NCBI GenBank assembly: GCA_009929215.1
Contig: SAAX01000004.1
Location: 1,032 to 65,031, forward strand
From: Deltaproteobacteria bacterium
GTDB taxonomy: Bacteria; Desulfobacterota; Desulfovibrionia; Desulfovibrionales; Desulfovibrionaceae
Reading direction: 5' to 3'
DNA: 64,000 bases
The notes beneath the pieces are model-generated. The model saw nothing but the letters and a program-made list of their open reading frames with translations. It ran no database searches and had not been told where the DNA came from. The translations under genes and the position numbers were made by a program. Shown here piece by piece: positions 26,285-37,407 of this stretch (positions are counted from its first letter, which is position 1; each line of letters begins with the position of its first letter).

Positions 26285-28288
26285 CTACTTACCCTGCTGC
26301 AAAAGCTCTTCCGCCAGTTCCAGCACATGCGCCACGGTAAAGCCCAGGCGCTCAAAAAGCACCTTGGCAGGTGCGGATGCGCCAAAGCGCTCCATGCCAA
26401 CCACGGCTCCGTCAAGGCCCACATACTTGCGCCAGTAGTCCGCAGCTGCGGCTTCAATGGCAATGCGGGCGCGCACGCTGCGGGGCAGCACGCTTTCCTT
26501 GTAGGCCGCGTCCTGCGCGTCAAAAATCTCGGTGCAGGGCATAGATACCACGCGGGCCTTGCGGCCATTGGCGTTCAGCTGCTCTGCCGCCTCAAGGGCC
26601 AGACCCACTTCGGAGCCTGTGGCCATAAGGATGATCTCGGGCGTACCCTTGCAGTCGCGCAGCACATAGCCGCCGCGCTCGATGGCCTCTACCTGCGCAT
26701 CGGTGCGCTGGCAGAAGGGCAGATTCTGACGCGAAAGTGAAAGCCCGGTGGGCGTGTGGGTATTTTCAAGGGCACAACGCCAGGCCACGGCGGTTTCCAC
26801 CGTATCGCAGGGACGCCACAGGTTGAAATTGGGCATCAGGCGCAGCATGCCAAGCTGTTCCACGGGCTGGTGGGTGGGGCCGTCCTCGCCCACGCCGATG
26901 GAGTCGTGCGTCAGCACCCACACAGAGCGGATGCCCATGATGGCAGCCAGACGCAGGGCGTTTTTGGCCTGATCGGCAAAGGACATGAACGTACCGGCGT
27001 AGGGAATAAAGCCGCCGTGCAGGGCAAAGCCGTTCATGATGGCGCTCATGCCGAATTCGCGCACGCCGTACGAAATATAGTTGCCCTCGTGGGTCTGCAC
27101 ATCCATGTGCTCGGAAGAGCTGGTGAGCGTGCCCACCGAGCCGGTAAGGTCGGCAGAGCCACCCACCAGTTCGGGCAGATAGGGAACAAGGCATTCCAGC
27201 GCTTTTTTGGAGGCCACGCGGGTTGCCGTGGTTTCTGCCTTGGTCACGGCGTCTGCCACCATGTTCTGGGCAATGGTAGCCCAACCGCCGGGCAGTTCGC
27301 CGCGCATGCGGCGGGTAAATTCGGCAGCCAGCTCAGGGTTGGCCTTGGCATAGTCGGCAAAAACGTGTTCCCAGGCGGCCTCGTCGGCCTTGCCCTTTTC
27401 ACGCGCGTCCCACGCATTGTACTGATCCTGCGGCACGCTGAAGGGTTCCTCTGTCCAGCCAAGGGCAGCGCGGGTGGCGGCAATGCCCTCGTCGCCCAGG
27501 GGCGAACCGTGGCAGGAGGAGGAATCGGCCTTGGGCGAACCAAAACCAATATGAGTGTGGCAGATGATCAGGCTGGGGCGGCTGTGGTCTGACTTGGCCT
27601 CGGCAATGGCTGCGTCGAGGGCCGAGGCGTCGTGCCCGTTGATGGGGCCGATGACCTGCCAGTGGTAGGCGCGGAAGCGCGCGGCCACGTCTTCGTTAAA
27701 CCAGCCGTCGATCTTGCCGTCGATGGAAATACCGTTGGAATCATAGAGGGTGATGAGCTTGCCCAGACCCCAGGTTCCGGCCAGCGAGCAGGCTTCGTGC
27801 GAAACACCTTCCATCAGGCAGCCGTCGCCGGTGAACACATAGGTGTGGTGGTCCACAATCTTGTGTTCGGGCGTGTTGTAACGGGCGGCCAGCATGCTTT
27901 CGGCCAGGGCCATGCCCACGGCGGAGGAAATGCCCTGCCCAAGGGGGCCGGTGGTCATTTCAATTCCCAGATCGGGTTCGTATTCCGGGTGGCCTGCGGT
28001 TTTGGCGCCCCACTGGCGGAAGTTGCGCAGCTCTTCCATGGGCAGATCGTAGCCCGTGAGGTGCAGCAGGGCGTAGAGCAGCATGGAAGCGTGGCCGTTG
28101 GAGAGCACAAACCTGTCGCGGTCAAACCAGCGGGGGTTGGCGGGATTGTGCTTGAAACCGTGACGCCACAGGGCTTCGGCCATGTCGGCCATTCCCAGAG
28201 GTGCGCCGGGATGACCGGAGCGGGCTTTTTCAATGGCGTCCATGGCAAGGGCGCGGATGGCATTGGCGCACTGTCTGCGGGTGGGCAT
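26285..28288 (-). CDS. tkt: Transketolase
   Basis: [40 protein letters not shown]... plus the ThDP motif GDGCLMEG. The start was moved to the internal ATG, preceded by GAGGAAAGAG. Confidence 0.97.
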   Translation of the reverse strand: MPTRRQCANAIRALAMDAIEKARSGHPGAPLGMADMAEALWRHGFKHNPANPRWFDRDRFVLSNGHASMLLYALLHLTGYDLPMEELRNFRQWGAKTAGHPEYEPDLGIEMTTGPLGQGISSAVGMALAESMLAARYNTPEHKIVDHHTYVFTGDGCLMEGVSHEACSLAGTWGLGKLITLYDSNGISIDGKIDGWFNEDVAARFRAYHWQVIGPINGHDASALDAAIAEAKSDHSRPSLIICHTHIGFGSPKADSSSCHGSPLGDEGIAATRAALGWTEEPFSVPQDQYNAWDAREKGKADEAAWEHVFADYAKANPELAAEFTRRMRGELPGGWATIAQNMVADAVTKAETTATRVASKKALECLVPYLPELVGGSADLTGSVGTLTSSSEHMDVQTHEGNYISYGVREFGMSAIMNGFALHGGFIPYAGTFMSFADQAKNALRLAAIMGIRSVWVLTHDSIGVGEDGPTHQPVEQLGMLRLMPNFNLWRPCDTVETAVAWRCALENTHTPTGLSLSRQNLPFCQRTDAQVEAIERGGYVLRDCKGTPEIILMATGSEVGLALEAAEQLNANGRKARVVSMPCTEIFDAQDAAYKESVLPRSVRARIAIEAAAADYWRKYVGLDGAVVGMERFGASAPAKVLFERLGFTVAHVLELAEELLQQGK

Positions 28289-28299
28289 GACTCTTTCCT

Positions 28300-29019
28300 C
28301 TATTTTTGCGTGATATGGTTGGCGGCGCGTCGTTTCAGGGCAAGTTCCGCAGGGCGGGGCGTTCTGCCCGCCAAGGGAGCCATGAAGGCGGCAAGCCGCT
28401 TGTCGTATGGTTTGTGGCCAAAAAAGGCCGAGCCGGAAACAAGAACCTCTGCACCGGCATCCACAAGCTGGGCCGTATTTTCGGGGCACACGCCGCCGTC
28501 GATCTGGATAAGCGCCTCTGCCCCGCCGTTGGCGTCGAGCATCTGGCGGGCGGCGCGAATCTTGTCAAACGTGGCGGGAATAAAGGCCTGACCCGAAAAA
28601 CCGGGGTTCACGCTCATGAGCAGCAGCATGTCCATATCTGCCGCCAGCCAGCGCGCCGCGCTCACATCCGTGCCGGGGTTGAGGGCAAGGCCCGCCTTGC
28701 AGCCCATGGCCCGTATGGCCGTAAGGGTGCGCTGGGGGTGCTTGTCGGCCTCGGCGTGGATAACCAGCATGTCGGCCCCGGCCTTGTAAAAGTCGGCAAT
28801 GTAGCGGGCCGGATCATTCACCATGAGGTGCACGTCAAAAAAAAGCCCGCTGACAGACCGCAAGGCCTTGATCAACGGGGGTCCAAAGGTGATGTTGGGC
28901 ACAAAGGCCCCGTCCATCACGTCCAGATGCAGCCAGGTGACACCAGCGGCCTCAAGAGCGGCAAGCTCTTCGGCCAGTCGGGCAAAATCGGCAGACAGCA
29001 ATGAGGGCGATAAGATCAT
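28300..29019 (-). CDS. rpe: Ribulose-phosphate 3-epimerase
   Basis: [19 protein letters not shown]...[17 protein letters not shown]...[10 protein letters not shown]. The start was moved to the internal ATG. Confidence 0.95.
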   Translation of the reverse strand: MILSPSLLSADFARLAEELAALEAAGVTWLHLDVMDGAFVPNITFGPPLIKALRSVSGLFFDVHLMVNDPARYIADFYKAGADMLVIHAEADKHPQRTLTAIRAMGCKAGLALNPGTDVSAARWLAADMDMLLLMSVNPGFSGQAFIPATFDKIRAARQMLDANGGAEALIQIDGGVCPENTAQLVDAGAEVLVSGSAFFGHKPYDKRLAAFMAPLAGRTPRPAELALKRRAANHITQK

Positions 29020-29164
29020 GGTTATATCGAGGGGCTTGTTGCGGGGGAGGGCCACCAACAGAAAGGGTCGCCTCCCCCGCGTCCCTTCCCTGAAATTTTC
29101 GGCAGGCATCTGCCGCATCTGTTACCCACGCCCACAGGGCGCGACATCGAGCCCGCTGGGCAGT

Positions 29165-29518
29165 CTACTTTTCGCTGAGCAGGCGGTGCAACGATATAAG
29201 TTCGCGCTGAAGCATGCGCATAAAGTTCGGATCGGGCACTGCCGCCACCCTTTCGGGCAGGCTTTCGTCCACCACAGCACTGCCCGCAAGCACGCGGCGC
29301 GCGCCTTCAATGGTCATGCCCTGCTCGTGCAGCAACTGCTTGATACGGCGCAGCAGGGCCACGTTTTCTTCAGTGTACAAGCGCTGGCCCTTACCGGTGC
29401 GCAGGGGTGCCAACTGGGGAAACTCCGTTTCCCAGAAGCGCAGCACATGGGTTTTGAGGTCGAGCAGTTCCGCGACCTCACCTATGCGATAGGTATTGTC
29501 GGGCGTGTGGTCCGACAT
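29165..29518 (-). CDS. MerR family transcriptional regulator
   Basis: YRIGEVAELLDLKTHVLRFWETEFPQL...GKGQRLYTEENVALLRRIKQLL. Confidence 0.9.
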   Translation of the reverse strand: MSDHTPDNTYRIGEVAELLDLKTHVLRFWETEFPQLAPLRTGKGQRLYTEENVALLRRIKQLLHEQGMTIEGARRVLAGSAVVDESLPERVAAVPDPNFMRMLQRELISLHRLLSEK

Positions 29519-29596
29519 GCTCTACCCCTCCTGGCACTCTCTGACCATGTGGCGGAAATGCGCAGGCCCGAAAAGCCGGGCCTGCGCGCACTGTAT

Positions 29597-32008
29597 TTAG
29601 ATCTTTACGCCCAGAGCGCTCACCAGTGACTGTGCCACCTTCTCCCGCTCTTTGTCCACTTCCGTATCCTTGAGGGTACGCTCCGCATGGCGGAAGGTAA
29701 GCCGGAAGGTGAGGTTGCGCACGGATTCTTCGCCCTGCTCCACCTTGGGTTCAAAGCAGTCTACCAGGGCCACATCTTCCAGCAGGGCAACCTTGAGCCC
29801 CTGCACATGGGCAATGATATCGGCCACTTTAAGGCCAGCCCCGGTGGTAACGGTAATGTCGCGGCGCACGGGCGGGTACACAGGCAGCGGCGCAAAACGC
29901 ACCGTTGCCGCATCGTGCAGCTCGCGCAAAACTTCAAGATTCAGTTCGGCCAGCCACACGTCCTTGCGGGCGTGGTATTCGTCGGCCATGGCGGGCTTGA
30001 CCCGGCCCATGAAGCCCGCGGCACGCCCCTGCACAAAGATGTTGACGCAGGGCAGCAAAAAGGCGTGTTGCTGCGCAAGCTCGTAGGTGGGCGCTTCAAG
30101 GTGCAGGTAGTGCAGCAGGTTTTCCACCACGCCCTTGAGGTCGCCGTAGTCCATGTCGCCTTCTGCCTGCGGCCATGCCGTATCGTAGCGCGCGCCGTAG
30201 AGCAGCACGCCCAGCATGCCCGTTTCGCGGGCAGTGGTTTCTGAAGCGGCATCGGCCTCAAAGATGTTGGCCAGTTCAAACAGCCGCAGGCCCTGAGCGC
30301 CCTGAGCCAGGTTGTTGCGCAGGTCGTACAGCAGGCCGGGGGCCAGCGCGGTGCGCAGGGCGTCCTGCTCTGCCGACAGCGGGTTCATGATGGAGATGCG
30401 GCCCTCGCGCGGCAGGGTAAGGTGATCCATATCCTTATGGCCCACAAAGCTGTAGTTCACGGCTTCGTTGAGGCCAAGGCCAGCGCCCCAGTGCTTGAGG
30501 CGCGACCAGAATCCGTAGCGCGATTCCGGCTCGCCAGCGCGGTCAAGATTGCGGACAATGGGGGGCAGCACAGGGGCGATGGTATCAAGCCCGTGCACGC
30601 GGCCCACTTCTTCAATCAGATCGGCCTCGCGGGTGAGGTCGGGCCGCCACGAGGGCTGGCTCACGCGCCACACGGGGCTGTTTTCGCCCTTGTCCACGGT
30701 GCAGCCCATGCCGATGAGCACCTTTTCGTCAAATTCATTGGTCAGGTGCACGCCCAGCAGCGCATCGGCCCGCGCGGGGCGAAATTCTATGCTGGCCCCC
30801 TTGAAGGGGCAGGGTTCGCTGCTGGAAAGCCCACGTTGCACACGCCCGCCGCTCATTGCGGCCATCATGGCGCAGGCACGGTCGAGCGCCCATACGGTGC
30901 GCTGCTGGTCGATGCCGCGTTCGAAGCGGTACGAGGATTCGGACGACAGGCCCAGACGGCGCGAAGTTTTGCGGATGGTGGCGGGCTTGAACACCGCACT
31001 TTCCAGAAACACGTTGGTGCTGCTGTCGGTGATTTCGCTGTCCAGACCGCCCATAACGCCAGCCAGCGCAACGGCGCGGGCTCCGTCGCGGATGCAGAGG
31101 TCGGCAGCGGTAAGCGTGCGCTCCTGACCGTCCAGGGTGGTGAACTTGTCACCTTCCTGAGCGCGGCGCACCACGATGCGGCCACCTTCGAGCTTGTCCA
31201 TGTCAAAGGAATGCAGGGGCTGACCGCATTCAAAAAGAATGTAGTTGGTCACGTCCACAATATTGGAAATGGGGCGCACACCCACGGCATGCAGGCGGTG
31301 ACGCAGGCGCATGGGCGAGGGCCCGATCTTGACGCCCGTGATCACGCGGCCAGAATACAGCCAGCAGTGTTCGGGGTCTTCAATATCAATGGGAACCAGC
31401 ACTTCCGGCCCGGCTGCGTCAAGCTCCAGCGGCAGCTCGGGGATGGAGAGCGGCAGGTTGCACGCAAGGGCGGTTTCACGCGCGAGGCCCAGCACCGAGA
31501 GGCAGTCTGCCCGGTTGGGCGTGATGGAAATATCGAGCACCTCGCGGTCCAGCGCCAGCTGATCCACGAGGGGCTTGCCCACCACAAAGCTTTCGGGCAG
31601 CACCATGATGCCTGTGTGGTCTTCGGTCAGACCCATCTCACGCTCGGAGCAGATCATGCCAAATGAGGGCGCGCCGCGCAGCTTGGCTTTTTTGATCACC
31701 ATGCCGTCGGGCATTTTTGTGCCCACCAGCGCCACGGGAACCTTTTGCCCGGCAGCCACGTTGGGCGCTCCGCAAACGATATCCAGCAGTTCACCCTGCC
31801 CGGCATCGACCTTGCACACATGCAGGTGGTCAGATTCCGGGTGGTTGTCGCACGAAACCACATGCCCCACCACAATGGAGCTGATGGCGTCGTAAGGCCG
31901 CCTGATGTCTTCCAGCTCCAGGCCGAGCATGGTCAGGCGGTCGCCCAGCGCCTCGGCCGTTCCTTCATACGGAGTAAATTCACGCAGCCATGAAAGTGAG
32001 AGCAGCAT
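29597..32008 (-). CDS. pheT: Phenylalanine--tRNA ligase beta subunit
   Basis: MLLSLSWLREFTPY... The 803-aa protein carries tRNA-binding, B3/4, B5 and FDX-ACB-like regions. Confidence 0.97.
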   Translation of the reverse strand: MLLSLSWLREFTPYEGTAEALGDRLTMLGLELEDIRRPYDAISSIVVGHVVSCDNHPESDHLHVCKVDAGQGELLDIVCGAPNVAAGQKVPVALVGTKMPDGMVIKKAKLRGAPSFGMICSEREMGLTEDHTGIMVLPESFVVGKPLVDQLALDREVLDISITPNRADCLSVLGLARETALACNLPLSIPELPLELDAAGPEVLVPIDIEDPEHCWLYSGRVITGVKIGPSPMRLRHRLHAVGVRPISNIVDVTNYILFECGQPLHSFDMDKLEGGRIVVRRAQEGDKFTTLDGQERTLTAADLCIRDGARAVALAGVMGGLDSEITDSSTNVFLESAVFKPATIRKTSRRLGLSSESSYRFERGIDQQRTVWALDRACAMMAAMSGGRVQRGLSSSEPCPFKGASIEFRPARADALLGVHLTNEFDEKVLIGMGCTVDKGENSPVWRVSQPSWRPDLTREADLIEEVGRVHGLDTIAPVLPPIVRNLDRAGEPESRYGFWSRLKHWGAGLGLNEAVNYSFVGHKDMDHLTLPREGRISIMNPLSAEQDALRTALAPGLLYDLRNNLAQGAQGLRLFELANIFEADAASETTARETGMLGVLLYGARYDTAWPQAEGDMDYGDLKGVVENLLHYLHLEAPTYELAQQHAFLLPCVNIFVQGRAAGFMGRVKPAMADEYHARKDVWLAELNLEVLRELHDAATVRFAPLPVYPPVRRDITVTTGAGLKVADIIAHVQGLKVALLEDVALVDCFEPKVEQGEESVRNLTFRLTFRHAERTLKDTEVDKEREKVAQSLVSALGVKI

Positions 32009-32038
32009 AGTTCGTCCTGTTTCCGCGCCGTGGCGTGG

Positions 32039-32506
32039 TTATTTGAAACTCCAGGCAGGAGTTTGATTTTGCGGATTGGGCAGAGGGCGCTCGTAGCGGT
32101 CACTCTGACCCGCACCCGGCCCATACGCTCCGGGGTGGGGGCGCTGACGGGCGGGTTTTTCTTCCGGCTGGCGGTCGTCAATGGTATTGCCGTAGGCATC
32201 TGTATAGCCCATGCCGCCCTCGGCCGTGCGCCCCGCGCTTTTGCTGGGCAGGGCCTCAATGCGTTTGGGCTCGCCGGGCGGGTCCATGCCCGAATTGCGC
32301 GGGCTGTAGGCAGAGGCCGCCAGAGCCGAAGGCACAGCCAGCCACCGCGGGCTGCCCGGCACAAGCGAGGCCGCAGCCAGCAGCGCAAGCAACACAAGTG
32401 CGAGCGGCAGCGCCTTACGCGAAGGGCGCGAGGGGCGCAAGGGGTGCTGTCGGCGCTGGCAGGCAGGTGCGGTGCTGCGGGCTATATGGCTGATTATTCT
32501 GGGCAT
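32039..32506 (-). CDS. Hypothetical Pro/Gly/Arg-rich membrane-anchored or secreted protein (155 aa) inserted between pheS and pheT
   Basis: ATG at 32506. One hydrophobic segment (ALPLALVLLALLAAASLV). Third-position G/C bias is like neighbouring genes. It fills the pheS-pheT gap almost exactly. The RBS is weak, and no family was recognised. Confidence 0.5.
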   Translation of the reverse strand: MPRIISHIARSTAPACQRRQHPLRPSRPSRKALPLALVLLALLAAASLVPGSPRWLAVPSALAASAYSPRNSGMDPPGEPKRIEALPSKSAGRTAEGGMGYTDAYGNTIDDRQPEEKPARQRPHPGAYGPGAGQSDRYERPLPNPQNQTPAWSFK

Positions 32507-32527
32507 ACTTATTTACCTGGGCAAAGC

Positions 32528-33565
32528 CTAATGGGCAAACTGGCCGAGGAAGCGCACGTCGTTTTCAAAGAACATGCGCAGGTCGCCGATGCCGTACTTG
32601 AGCATGGTCACGCGTTCCACGCCCATGCCAAAGGCAAAACCGCTGACGTCGGCGGGGTAGCCGACGGCTTCAAAGACCGCAGGGTCAACCATACCGCAGC
32701 CCAATATTTCAACCCAGCCCGTGGTTTTGCACACGCGGCACGGGGCATCGCCAATGTGGCCCTTGCCGCCGCACATGCAGCACGAAATGTCCACTTCTGC
32801 CGAAGGCTCGGTAAAGGGAAAGAAGCTGGGGCGAAAACGCACCTGGGTTTCAGCACCAAACACCGCGCGCACAAAAGCCGTAAGCGTGCCGCGCAGATGG
32901 GCCATGCTGATGCCCTCGCCCACCACAAGACCCTCAATCTGATGGAACATGGGGGTGTGGGTAATGTCGCTGTCGCGTCGGTACACCTTGCCTGGGGCGA
33001 TCACAGCCAGAGGAGGCTTGCGCGCCAGCATGGTGCGGGCCTGCACGGGCGAGGTGTGCGTGCGCATGAGCACCTTTTCGGTAACATACAGGGTATCCTG
33101 CATGTCGCGGGCGGGGTGTTCGGGCGGCATGTTGAGGGCTTCAAAATTGTAGTAGTCGATTTCCACTTCGGGGCCTGAGGCCACGTCAAAACCCAAGCCC
33201 TGGAAAATCTGGCAGATTTCCTCGGTCACCAGGGTGGTGGGGTGCAGGCTGCCGCGCCAGGGGGCGCGACCGGGCACAGAGGGGTCGAAACGGCGCAGGG
33301 CCTCGGCTTCGCGTCCGGCTTCAAGGGCTGCCTTGCGGGTTTCAAACAGGGCATTGCAGCGTTCTTTGACGCTGTTGGCAGTCTGGCCCACGGCGGGCCG
33401 CTCTGCGGGAGCAAGCGAAGGCAGCTGGGCCATGATCTGGGCAATGCGACCCTTGCGACCCAGAACATCCACGCGCAAAGCCTCAAGGGCATCCAACGAA
33501 GAAGCCTGGCCCAGACCTTTTTCAAGTTCAGGAACCAGGCTTTCCAGTGCAGAAATCAGATCCAT
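32528..33565 (-). CDS. pheS: Phenylalanine--tRNA ligase alpha subunit
   Basis: [18 protein letters not shown]... plus class II motifs (...[16 protein letters not shown]...GMGVERV). The start was moved to the internal ATG. Confidence 0.97.
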   Translation of the reverse strand: MDLISALESLVPELEKGLGQASSLDALEALRVDVLGRKGRIAQIMAQLPSLAPAERPAVGQTANSVKERCNALFETRKAALEAGREAEALRRFDPSVPGRAPWRGSLHPTTLVTEEICQIFQGLGFDVASGPEVEIDYYNFEALNMPPEHPARDMQDTLYVTEKVLMRTHTSPVQARTMLARKPPLAVIAPGKVYRRDSDITHTPMFHQIEGLVVGEGISMAHLRGTLTAFVRAVFGAETQVRFRPSFFPFTEPSAEVDISCCMCGGKGHIGDAPCRVCKTTGWVEILGCGMVDPAVFEAVGYPADVSGFAFGMGVERVTMLKYGIGDLRMFFENDVRFLGQFAH

Positions 33566-33740
33566 AGCGGATATCCCAATGCCGCGTGGTGCGGCGTTTG
33601 TTAAGGGAGGCGCGGTTGCTGAAAGGGAGAGCTGCGGGGTGGCCAAAAGACAGGCCCGACCTGCGGCAGCACGCCATTTCTGCGGCCCACGCTTCCTCAC
33701 GGCATGAATTCGCCCTGCCTGCCGGGTATTCCGGCAACAC

Positions 33741-33785
33741 AAAAAAATCAAGGCGCGGACGGCGCTTGTGCACCGCCCGCGCCTT
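33741..33785 (-). terminator. Intrinsic terminator/attenuator between rplT and pheS
   Basis: The minus strand has a 13-bp stem aaggcgcgggcgg/ccgtccgcgcctt (one mismatch) followed by GATTTTTTT. Confidence 0.75.
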
Positions 33786-33883
33786 ATACCATGCAAGGCC
33801 CCGCTCCCGCAAGCCGCACTGTTCCAGTAGGAAACATGCGTCGCTGCCAGGAGGCTGCGCCTCCGGCGCGGGGAGCGCCACTC

Positions 33884-34237
33884 TTAATTCAGAGCGGCCT
33901 TGGCCAGATTGACGATCTTGGCGAAGTCGTCCTTGTGATAAACGGCAAGGTCAGCCAGAACCTTACGGTTCAGCTCAATGCCAGCCTGCTTGAGGCCGTG
34001 CATGAAGCGGCTGTAGGACAGACCGCTCAAACGCGCACCGGCGTTGATACGGAGAATCCACAGAGTACGGAAATCGCGTTTCCGCAGCTTGCGGCCCACA
34101 TAGGAATACTGCATCGAGCGTTCCACAGCCTCACGCGCGGTACGGTACAAACGGCTGCGGCCGCCGCGAAAACCCTTGGCTGCGGACAAATATTTTTTAT
34201 GACGACGATGACTTGCAAGACCTCTCTTTACACGCAT
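33884..34237 (-). CDS. rplT: 50S ribosomal protein L20
   Basis: [32 protein letters not shown]... RBS GAAGGAGG. Confidence 0.97.
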   Translation of the reverse strand: MRVKRGLASHRRHKKYLSAAKGFRGGRSRLYRTAREAVERSMQYSYVGRKLRKRDFRTLWILRINAGARLSGLSYSRFMHGLKQAGIELNRKVLADLAVYHKDDFAKIVNLAKAALN

Positions 34238-34555
34238 ATGCGCTGCCTCCTTCTCCCAACCAGGCGGAGGAATGCCCGTTGGGGAGCGTAAAAAACTCCA
34301 GGCTCTCAAATGAGAGACGCGGATTGAACGTCAGTCGCGGCTCCGCATGCGCCGCCGATGCCGTAGCATCGCGCTAATTCACCTTAGTCCCTACAGAATT
34401 TGCCTTACACACCACGGCAAAAGCCGAGATTTGCGCAGGATTTTTACTTGCTGGCAAGAAAGCCAAGCGGCGCGCCGAAGCGGAGCATAGCTTTCTATGT
34501 GACCGAGGCGCGCCCGCGTAGGCTGCCGCAGTCAGCAAGCAAAAAGACAAGCAAA

Positions 34556-34753
34556 TTAGCCGTTGGGCAGCATCCGGCGCACAGCCTTCTCATTGGTCTG
34601 ATCCACGGTGGTGGACTGACCCAAACGCATTTTGCGGCTGGCGGCCTTCTTGGTCAGAATGTGGCGCAAGTTCTGGCGGCGACGCTTGAACTTACCGCTG
34701 CCGGTCTGCGAAAAACGCTTGGCGGCGGAACGCCGAGTTTTGATCTTGGGCAT
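34556..34753 (-). CDS. rpmI: 50S ribosomal protein L35
   Basis: [36 protein letters not shown]... Confidence 0.97.
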   Translation of the reverse strand: MPKIKTRRSAAKRFSQTGSGKFKRRRQNLRHILTKKAASRKMRLGQSTTVDQTNEKAVRRMLPNG

Positions 34754-34874
34754 GGCGTACTCCTTAAAAACGAATTCACTTGGTCGCCGTTTTACGGGCG
34801 CACCAAGGGAAGGGCATAATGCCCCAAAGCAACGTCCCGCGCAAGGAAAAATTCATCCTCCCCGCGCAAACGGC

Positions 34875-35411
34875 CTACGACTGTTTCTTGGGCACCAGCA
34901 TCATCTGCAAGGTGCGGCCTTCGGCACGGGCTTCCTGATCAACCTTGGCAATATCGGCAAGGTCTTGCACAACCCGTTCAAGAATGGCCATACCGCGATC
35001 TTTATGGACAATTTCGCGGCCTCTGAAAAACACCGTAATCTTGCAGCGGTCGCCCTCTTCAAGAAAACGGCGGATGTGGCGGACCTTGGTTTCGTAATCG
35101 TGGTCGTCCGTCTTGGGGCGAACCTTGATTTCCTTAATCTGCACCACGGCCTGCCGCTTTTTGGCTTCCTGCTTCTTTTTCTGCTGCTCATACTTGAACT
35201 TACCGTAGTCCATTATGCGACAAACGGGCGGTTCAGAAGTGGAAGCCACCTCCACAAGATCCAAGCCGGCTTCTTTGGCCAGGGCAATAGCATCGTTGCG
35301 TTGCAGAATTCCAAGCTGCTCGCCATCGGCGGCGATCACGCGCAGTTCACGTGCGCGGATCATCTCGTTGCGACGCACGCCGTCTTGCGGCATGTCGCGA
35401 CGGAATCTCAT
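34875..35411 (-). CDS. infC: Translation initiation factor IF-3
   Basis: ...RRNEMIRARELRVIAADGEQLGI...LDLVEV...PPVCRIMDYGKFKYEQ... The start is taken as ATG 35411, 1 nt after the thrS stop. The true start codon is uncertain because IF-3 genes often use rare starts. Confidence 0.9.
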   Translation of the reverse strand: MRFRRDMPQDGVRRNEMIRARELRVIAADGEQLGILQRNDAIALAKEAGLDLVEVASTSEPPVCRIMDYGKFKYEQQKKKQEAKKRQAVVQIKEIKVRPKTDDHDYETKVRHIRRFLEEGDRCKITVFFRGREIVHKDRGMAILERVVQDLADIAKVDQEARAEGRTLQMMLVPKKQS

Positions 35412-35412
35412 A

Positions 35413-37344
35413 TTAGGCGAAGCTATAGCGCATCCCTCCTTGTTTGAAAGGCTCCTCGGCGTCCGCCCGGATAAGCGCGGCGATTTCCGCTACGGACTTG
35501 AGCCCCAGATTGTCCCCACTGCGCAGGCGCACATTGGCGCCGCCCGCCTGCACTTCTTTTTCACCAACCACCAGAATAAACGGAACCTTGGCCAGCTGCG
35601 CCTCGCGCACCTTGAAGCCAAGCTTTTCGTTGCGCGTATCGGCTGTGGCGCGGATACCCAGCGCCTTGAGCTCGTCGCACATCTTCAGTGTAGCTTCATC
35701 ACCGGCATCTGTCACTGTGAGCAGACGGGCCTGCTCAGGCGCAAGCCATGTGGGCAGCGCACCGGCAAAGTTTTCAACCAGAATGCCAATGAACCGCTCG
35801 AGCGAGCCCATAATGGCGCGGTGCACCATGACCGGCCTGTGCCGCTCGCCGTCCTGACCCACATAGGTGAGGTCAAAACGCTCCGGCAGAGTAAAATCAA
35901 CCTGAATGGTCGAGCATTGCCATTCACGGCCAATGCAGTCAAGCAGGCGCACGTCAATTTTGGGGCCGTAGAAAGCGCCGTCGCCCGCGTTGATCTCGTA
36001 GGGCAGGCCAGCCTTTTCAACAGCGCTGGTGAGGGCGTTGGTTGCCAGTTCCCATGCTTCGTCCGTGCCAATGCTGCTTTCGGGGCGGGTAGAAACGGCC
36101 ACCTTGTACTGGAAGCCGAACAGGTTCATGAGGTCGCGGATAAGGTGAATGACCTCAAGAATTTCGCCTTCAAGCTGCTCTGGCGCGCACAAAATGTGCG
36201 CATCGTCCTGGGTAAACTGGCGCACGCGCAAAAGCCCGTGCAGCACACCGCTTTTTTCGTGGCGGTGCACCACACCCAGTTCAAAATAACGCTGGGGCAG
36301 ATCGCGGTAGCTGTGCAGCTCGTTGCCGTAAATAAGCATGTGCGAGATGCAGTTCATGGGCTTGACGCCGTAGGCGTCTTCCTCAATCTGCGTAAAGTAC
36401 ATGTTTTCGCGGTAGTGGTCGTAGTGGCCCGATTTCTGCCACGTTTCCACGCGCAAAAGCTGCGGCCCCTGCACAATTTCGTAATTGCGCTTGAGGTGCT
36501 CGCGCCGCCAAAAATCTTCAAGTATGGTGCGCACCATCATGCCACGGGGCAGCCAAAAGACCATGCCGGGCGCAACATCTTCCTTAAAGGTAAAGAGGTT
36601 GAGCTCGCGGCCAAGCTTGCGATGGTCGCGGCGCTTGGCTTCTTCAAGCTGCTTGAGGTAGGCATCCAGCGCCTTTTGGTCGGCAAAGGCCGTACCGTAG
36701 ATACGCGAAAGCATGCGATTTTTTTCATCGCCGCGCCAGTAGGCACCGGCAACACTCATGAGCTTTGCCGCCTTGGCAAAGCCCGTGTGCGGCACGTGGG
36801 GGCCACGGCACAGGTCAGTAAAATCACCGCAAGTATAGAGCGACACCGTGTCGGCGTCGATGCTTTCAATCAGCTCTACCTTATACGCTTCACCCATGGC
36901 GCGAAAAACCTCAACGGCCTCGGCCTTGGGCAACACCTTGCAGGTAAAGGGCTCGCGCGCATCGGCAATGCGCTGCATTTCCGCTTCGATGGCGGCAAAA
37001 TCTTCGCTGGAAAAAGGCTTTTCGACGTCAAAATCGTAGTAAAAGCCGGTATCGATGGAGGGGCCAATAGTGACCTTGGCAGTGGGGAAGAGGCGCTTGA
37101 CCGCCGCAGCCATAACATGGGCGGTAGAGTGACGGATCATTTGCAGGCCTTCGGCCGAGTCGGCATACACGGGCGCAAGCTCGGCGCAGCCTTCAGGCAG
37201 GGGTGCGGAAAGATCCAGCAGCGCACCATTATCGGCGCGAGCGGCCACAACGGCCTTGAACTTTTTACCGCTCAAGGCTTTTTGCAGAGCAGAGGCAACA
37301 GAATCACCAGCCTCCACCGTCTGCCCTTCCACGCGGACTTCCAT
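35413..37344 (-). CDS. thrS: Threonine--tRNA ligase
   Basis: [20 protein letters not shown] (TGS domain), HSTAHVMA, and class II core motifs. RBS AAGGAG. The start was moved to the internal ATG. Confidence 0.97.
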   Translation of the reverse strand: MEVRVEGQTVEAGDSVASALQKALSGKKFKAVVAARADNGALLDLSAPLPEGCAELAPVYADSAEGLQMIRHSTAHVMAAAVKRLFPTAKVTIGPSIDTGFYYDFDVEKPFSSEDFAAIEAEMQRIADAREPFTCKVLPKAEAVEVFRAMGEAYKVELIESIDADTVSLYTCGDFTDLCRGPHVPHTGFAKAAKLMSVAGAYWRGDEKNRMLSRIYGTAFADQKALDAYLKQLEEAKRRDHRKLGRELNLFTFKEDVAPGMVFWLPRGMMVRTILEDFWRREHLKRNYEIVQGPQLLRVETWQKSGHYDHYRENMYFTQIEEDAYGVKPMNCISHMLIYGNELHSYRDLPQRYFELGVVHRHEKSGVLHGLLRVRQFTQDDAHILCAPEQLEGEILEVIHLIRDLMNLFGFQYKVAVSTRPESSIGTDEAWELATNALTSAVEKAGLPYEINAGDGAFYGPKIDVRLLDCIGREWQCSTIQVDFTLPERFDLTYVGQDGERHRPVMVHRAIMGSLERFIGILVENFAGALPTWLAPEQARLLTVTDAGDEATLKMCDELKALGIRATADTRNEKLGFKVREAQLAKVPFILVVGEKEVQAGGANVRLRSGDNLGLKSVAEIAALIRADAEEPFKQGGMRYSFA

Positions 37345-37374
37345 GAGAAACTCCTTAAAAACTTCCGGAGGCAC

Positions 37375-37407
37375 ATAAAACAAAGTGGGGAGGTAAACCT
37401 CCCCACT
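37375..37407 (-). terminator. Intrinsic terminator-like hairpin between tRNA-Val and thrS (possible attenuator)
   Basis: The minus strand reads agtggggagg-ttta-cctccccact followed by TTGTTTT, only ~30 nt upstream of the thrS ATG. Confidence 0.65.

Noticed and set aside
33566-33740. Search for a Phe-rich leader peptide (pheM-like) between the rplT terminator and pheS.
   Set aside because: Only a two-codon ATG-CCG-TGA and an out-of-context ORF with two Phe codons are present. There are no runs of Phe codons and no obvious alternative antiterminator pairing.
34400-34819. A 139-aa plus-strand ORF covering the rpmI-rplT spacer.
   Set aside because: It is antisense to rpmI for half its length and has a TTG start, no RBS, and an Arg/Ala-rich translation. 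The spacer is better explained as structured RNA on the minus strand.
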